Part shown: positions 57,560-64,000 of the stretch, piece by piece
Position numbering within the stretch: position 1 is the first letter of the stretch
Layout of the letters: the number at the start of each line of letters is the position of its first letter
Assembly: GCA_014905635.1 (NCBI GenBank)
Contig: JABVCE010000035.1
Coordinates: forward strand, 1-64,000
DNA from: Scenedesmus sp. PABB004
Taxonomy: Eukaryota
Direction: 5' to 3'
DNA: 64,000 nucleotides
The notes under the pieces: model-generated
What the model saw: only the letters and a program-made list of their open reading frames with translations
Database searches by the model: none
What the model was told of the DNA's origin: nothing
Made by a program: the position numbers and the translations under genes

Positions 57560-60143
57560 CCGCGCTGGGTCGTCAACGCGGGCTCCCGTGCGGGGGAGCC
57601 CGAGTTGACAACCCATGCGTGGGGCCCCGCGCATGCACGGCCACGACGTCCGCGGAACGCGCGCGCGCCGCGCGGCACTCATGACATGAACGCCGCACAG
57701 CCCGCCGGCGTCGCGGCCGTGCATGCGGCCGCGCGCGACGCGGCGCGCCTGCCGTGACGACACACGAGCGCGGCGTTTTGTGCTGCGGCGCGGCGGCCAG
57801 GCCCCGCAACATGGGGGGGGGGGGGGGGCTGCGCGGCGGCGCTGATCGCGCCCATTTTGGCTGAGCCGCCCGCGGGTCCTGGAGGGGGTTGGAGCTGGTG
57901 GGCGTTGGCCGGCGCGGGGCGGCGGTCGCCGCGGGCCACGGCCCCGCGCGCGACGCCCAGCCGGCGCACGCCGGCCCCGGAGTGTTGAGTCCACAGAGTC
58001 TCCACTAGCCGCCCTGCACGGCCTACTCGCGTCTACCGGTCATCCTTCCCCAAGCTCCTAACATTCGGTGCACCACGTCGCAGGGGGCGCGACTCTGCGA
58101 GTGACGGCCGGCGGGGCGCGGCGCGGCGCGGCGTGTGCTGCGTGTGCGCCTGGGCGGGCTTGCCGCGGTTGGTGTGTGGTGCCCCTGCTGGTGGCGGCCT
58201 GCCCCACGTCGTTTGCGTGAGATGAGGCGGGGTTTGCGCTGGTTTTCCCCCGCTGCCCCTGTGGCCCGGTAGGGCCTGCGTGGCGTGGTTGCACGGGTCA
58301 AGAGGACCAGCTACCGTCCTTAAAAAGGGGCGCGGGCCCGATGTGCGCGAGCATACAGGGTAAATGACCTTGACCTTGACCCATGAACGTACGTTGGTGT
58401 TCGTGCCGCGGGTCAGCGCCGCCGCGCAGCCCCCTGCTGGGGGGCCAGCGGCCCGAGCATCTGCCTGCTGCGCCACCACCCTCTAACGCCGACCAACACC
58501 GACCATGGGCAGCCTGCGAACGCCGGCGCTCGCAGGCTGCGCATGTTCGGTGTTGGCGGCGCGCGCGGCGCGCGCGGCGCGCGCGGCGCGCGCGCGCGGC
58601 GGTGTCAGCATGGCCGCCGCTGGCGCGGTGTGTCTGGCCCCGCGCCCGACGCGACGGCGCCGTCGCGCGCTCGGCCTGGCCGTGGTTGACCGCCATGCCC
58701 GCCAACCACGCGCAAGGCGGCGGCGGCCGGCGCGGTGAGGCGGTGGCAGTGGCACTGCGGCGGCCGGCGTGGCGAGGCGGTGGCAGTGGCACACTGTGGG
58801 CGCCGGCACCCTCAACGCCGACCGACACCGACCGCGGGCAGCCTGCACACACCGGGAGCAGCCTCGAGCTCCGACGTCCGGCGAGCGCCGGAGCTCGAGG
58901 TTGCTCCCGGCGCTTGCAGGCTGCCCGCGGTCGGTGTTGGCCGCGGCGGCGCGCGCGCGTGCGGCGCTGTCAGCCAGCCGTCTACGCACGGGCGTGGTCG
59001 GGGGAAGGGGGGCACCGCACGCCGAGCCGGCGGGAAGTTAACAAGCCCATTCCTGAGCCGGCGCTCGCACACGCAGCACACGCGCGCCCCACAGCCGCCG
59101 CTCACCCCGCGCGCGCCCGCAGCTCACGCACGCCCCGCTGCGTCGGGGCGGCCCTCGGCAGGTCCGGGGCCAGGTGGGGCAGACTGCTGCTGGCGGTAGT
59201 TGGTGTCGGCCACGACGTGCGCTGGCGGCGTCGCCATGCCAGACAACGTCCAGGTCGACACCAACCATCGCCAGCAGCAGCAGTCCGCTGGCGCGCGCCG
59301 ACGCCCGCGCCCTCGCAACCCAGCAGGGCAGCGCCAGCGGCCCCAGCCGCCCCAGCGCGCCAGCGCCAGCGGCCACCGCCGGCCCCAGCGCGCCGCCGCC
59401 GCCGTTGCTCGGGGGGCGCCCGGGCCGCGCCCCGCGAGTCTCGCAGCAGCAGCTTCTGCTGACCGTTCCGCGTCACGCGGTGCCGACGCGTGACGGTTAG
59501 CAGAAGCTGCTGCGCGACAGCCGAGCGGCGCCTCGCGCCCCAGCCCCCCTTCGGAGCGGCGCGCCCGTGGGCCTGCACCCGGCGCTGGCAGCCGCAGGTC
59601 TGGAAGGCCACGGGCGCGCCGCTCTGCCAGGCGGGCGCGGGCGGTCCGCGCGCCGACCGCGGCTGCGCAGCGCACGCGCGCGCCCCACAGCCGCCGCGCC
59701 CCGATCGCCGCGTGCGGCGCGCCGGCTGCTCCGTGGCCGCGCGCCTGCGCCGCAGCGCGCGGCCCGCTCGCCCCGCGCGCGGGCGCGCGGGGCCCGCGCC
59801 ACGATCAAGCCGCGACCCCGAGGCTGCCGCCCACCTGGCAGGCCGGAGCAGCGGCGCGAGGCGTGACGGTTGTGTGTGGTTGCGGGCCGCCACGAAACCT
59901 TCACGCCTCGCGCCGCTGCGGCCTGTTCGGTGTTGGGGGCGCCGGCGCGCGCGGCTCTGGCAGCGCCGCGCGCGCCGCGCCCGCTGCGTCAGGGCGGCCC
60001 TCGGCAGGTCCAGACCCGTGGGCAGACCGCTGCTGGCGATAGCTGGCGTCGGCCACGACGTGCGCTGGCGGCGTCGCCATGCAAGGGCACGTGGAGGTCG
60101 ACACCAACCGTCGCCAGCAGCAGTCCGCCGGCGCGCGCCGACG
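57560..60143. ncRNA. Cluster of at least 9 long fold-back hairpins (candidate polycistronic pre-miRNA/hairpin RNA locus)
   Basis: Inverted repeats at 57566-57615, 57630-57727, about 58329-58408, 58487-58561, 58822-58940, 59179-59288, 59441-59517, 59848-59919 and 60022-60128, with no credible coding exon in the region. Confidence 0.55.
59134..60143. repeat. Dispersed direct duplication (about 170 bp) carrying paralogous hairpins
   Basis: About 59134-59305 matches about 59980-60143 (cgctgcgtcRgggcggccctcggcaggtcc...ggtcgacaccaaccRtcgccagcagcag). Confidence 0.9.
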
Positions 60144-60932
60144 GCCTCGCGCTGCATGGCGCCGCCCGCGCCCACCACCTCCGCCCCGCGCGCGCTGGCG
60201 ACCCGCTGTCACGACACGCCGCAGCGGCCCGGCGGCGCAGCAGCAGCAGCAACGCGGCCGCCGGTGCAGCTGGCGCGCCGCCCGCGCAGCGGCCCCGCAC
60301 GGCGCGCGCGGCCGCGGCGGCTGCGGCGCAGCGAAAAAGCCGTGTCGGGCGGGGCTGGCGGGCGCGGGCGCGGAGCGGCAGAGCGGCAGAGCGGCCGCGC
60401 GCGGCGCGCTGTGCAGCGGCGGCGCGGCGCTGCGGACGCGCTGCTGGCGCTTTCGGCGGTGCCGGGCGCGCGCGAGGAGCAGGGCGGCAGCCGCGCGGGG
60501 GCGATCTGGGCGCGGGGAGCGCGTGGGCGCGCAGCAGGGATGGCGCGGCCGCGTCATTCGGGCTCAAGGAGCCAGCGCCGCGTTTTCATGCCGGGCGCCC
60601 CTCCCAGTCGCTCAGTATCTAGATCAACCAACCGCTGGACCACGCGCCCAGCCGCGCCGACAGCGCCACTCGCTCCGGCAGCTCCCGGCAGAACAGCAGC
60701 AGCAGGTGCGCCGAGGAGCGCCCCGCGGGCGGCCGCCCCCGCCCACCCACGCGCGCCGACACGGCCACCGGGACCGCCTGGCGTCGCTGCGCGCCGCCCG
60801 GCCGCGCTGGCGCCACCAGCGCTGCCGCCGACCGCGCCGCGCCGCCGCAGGCGCCGGCGCGCCCGGATCCGCGGACCGGCGGCGGCGGCGGCGGCCTCCC
60901 TCGACGCCCCGTCGCCCGGGCAGGGCGCAGGC

Positions 60933-63153
<2,221 letters not shown>

Positions 63154-63592
63154 GCGCCCGCAGCGCCGAGCGCGTGCAGTGCTGCGCGCGGGCGCGCGGC
63201 GCGCGGGGTGGTGCGGCGGTGGTGGGGCGGCGGGAGGGTCGAGCAGGACCGCCAGGCATTCTTTTTTCATCCCTAGCAAAACTGATGGGGCGGCGGGCTG
63301 CGGGTGGCGTCGGCGTCGTGGCGGCGCGAAGTTGGGCGGTCGCGGGAGTTGTGCACCGCCGCCGCCGCCGCCGCCGCGAGAGCGCCAGGCCGCGCCTGGC
63401 GTCGGGCCTGGGTAACTGCGAGCTGCCCACGAGCGCGCTGGGCGCGTGGGGACTCGCTCGCGCGCTGGCGCAGCTCGGGCGGGGCGTCTTGGACCGGCTT
63501 GCGCGCCGGGCGGGCGCGGGCTTCCCACGTGGTCGCCCAGCGGCCGCGAGCGCGCGCCCACGCGCTCGGCACACCACCCCCAGCGCGCTCAA

Positions 63593-64000
63593 ATGCAGGC
63601 GCAGGGCGACGGCGGGCCGCCGGAGCCGGCGCGGGCGCCGCCGCGCGGGCGGTCGGGGCCCAAGCCCAAACTCTCCGGCTTCGTGGGGGTCAGCCAATAC
63701 AAGAGGACGAAGCGCTGGGAGGCGCGTGGCCCGGCGCGGCGCGCGCCCGCAGCCCGGCCGCCCCGGGCCTCTCCTGCAAGCGCGCCACGCCGCGCGCGCG
63801 CCGCGCGCCCGGCAGGCGCACATCTGGAGCTCATCCAGCTCGGGCGGCGCCTCGCGCAAGGGCGGCAAGGGCAAGCAGCTGCACCTCGGCAGCTTTGCAA
63901 GCGCCGAGCAGGCGGCGCGGGTGCGGCGGCGGGCCGCGGCGCGCGGCGCGGCGGCGGCGCGCGCGCGCGCGCGCTGACCGCTCCCCGCCGCCCCGCCGCA
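63593..64000 (+). CDS. AP2/ERF-domain transcription factor (3'-partial)
   Basis: Spliced SGFVGVSQYKRTKRWE|AHIW...KGKQLHLGSFASAEQAAR is the AP2 domain pattern; the intron starts with a GC donor at about 63722. Confidence 0.88.
   Translation, partial: MQAQGDGGPPEPARAPPRGRSGPKPKLSGFVGVSQYKRTKRWEARGPARRAPAARPPRASPASAPRRARAARPAGAHLELIQLGRRLAQGRQGQAAAPRQLCKRRAGGAGAAAGRGARRGGGARARALTAPRRPAA

Noticed and set aside
55500..60900. Protein-coding gene, autonomous transposon or CRISPR array in the large gap
   Set aside because: No coding-like exons or transposase/RT motifs; the repeats are inverted and irregular rather than identical repeats with constant spacers, and there are no cas genes.

Overview
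Eukaryotic, extremely GC-rich, intron-dense nuclear DNA that reads like a chlorophyte green alga (MLDP, NAR1-type transporter, AP2 factor, short GC-rich introns); the species cannot be named from sequence alone. About 18 protein genes can be spliced together by eye: SPT6 (5'-partial), BRCA2, a formate/nitrite transporter, CEP104-like with C-terminal TPRs, a GT32 glycosyltransferase, an SGNH/TBL-like protein, a small hypothetical, a LysA-like decarboxylase, a degenerate STAND-like protein, an archaeal-type RibB, TFIIIC-delta-like with Agenet/AT-hooks, RPSA, BET3, a small putative plastid protein, MLDP, an mTERF-like protein, 3-hydroxybutyryl-CoA dehydrogenase and an AP2 factor (3'-partial). Most long ORFs in the supplied track are GC artefacts. 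The main unexplained signals are a gene-free region (about 57.5-60.2 kb) packed with long, partly paralogous fold-back hairpins resembling a polycistronic pre-miRNA cluster, four more such hairpins in SPT6 introns, very frequent AG|GCGCG (GC-AG) splice donors, a stand-alone archaeal-type RibB with altered active-site residues, and several unusual domain architectures. Exon boundaries were read manually and are approximate; family assignments rest on recalled motifs, not database searches.
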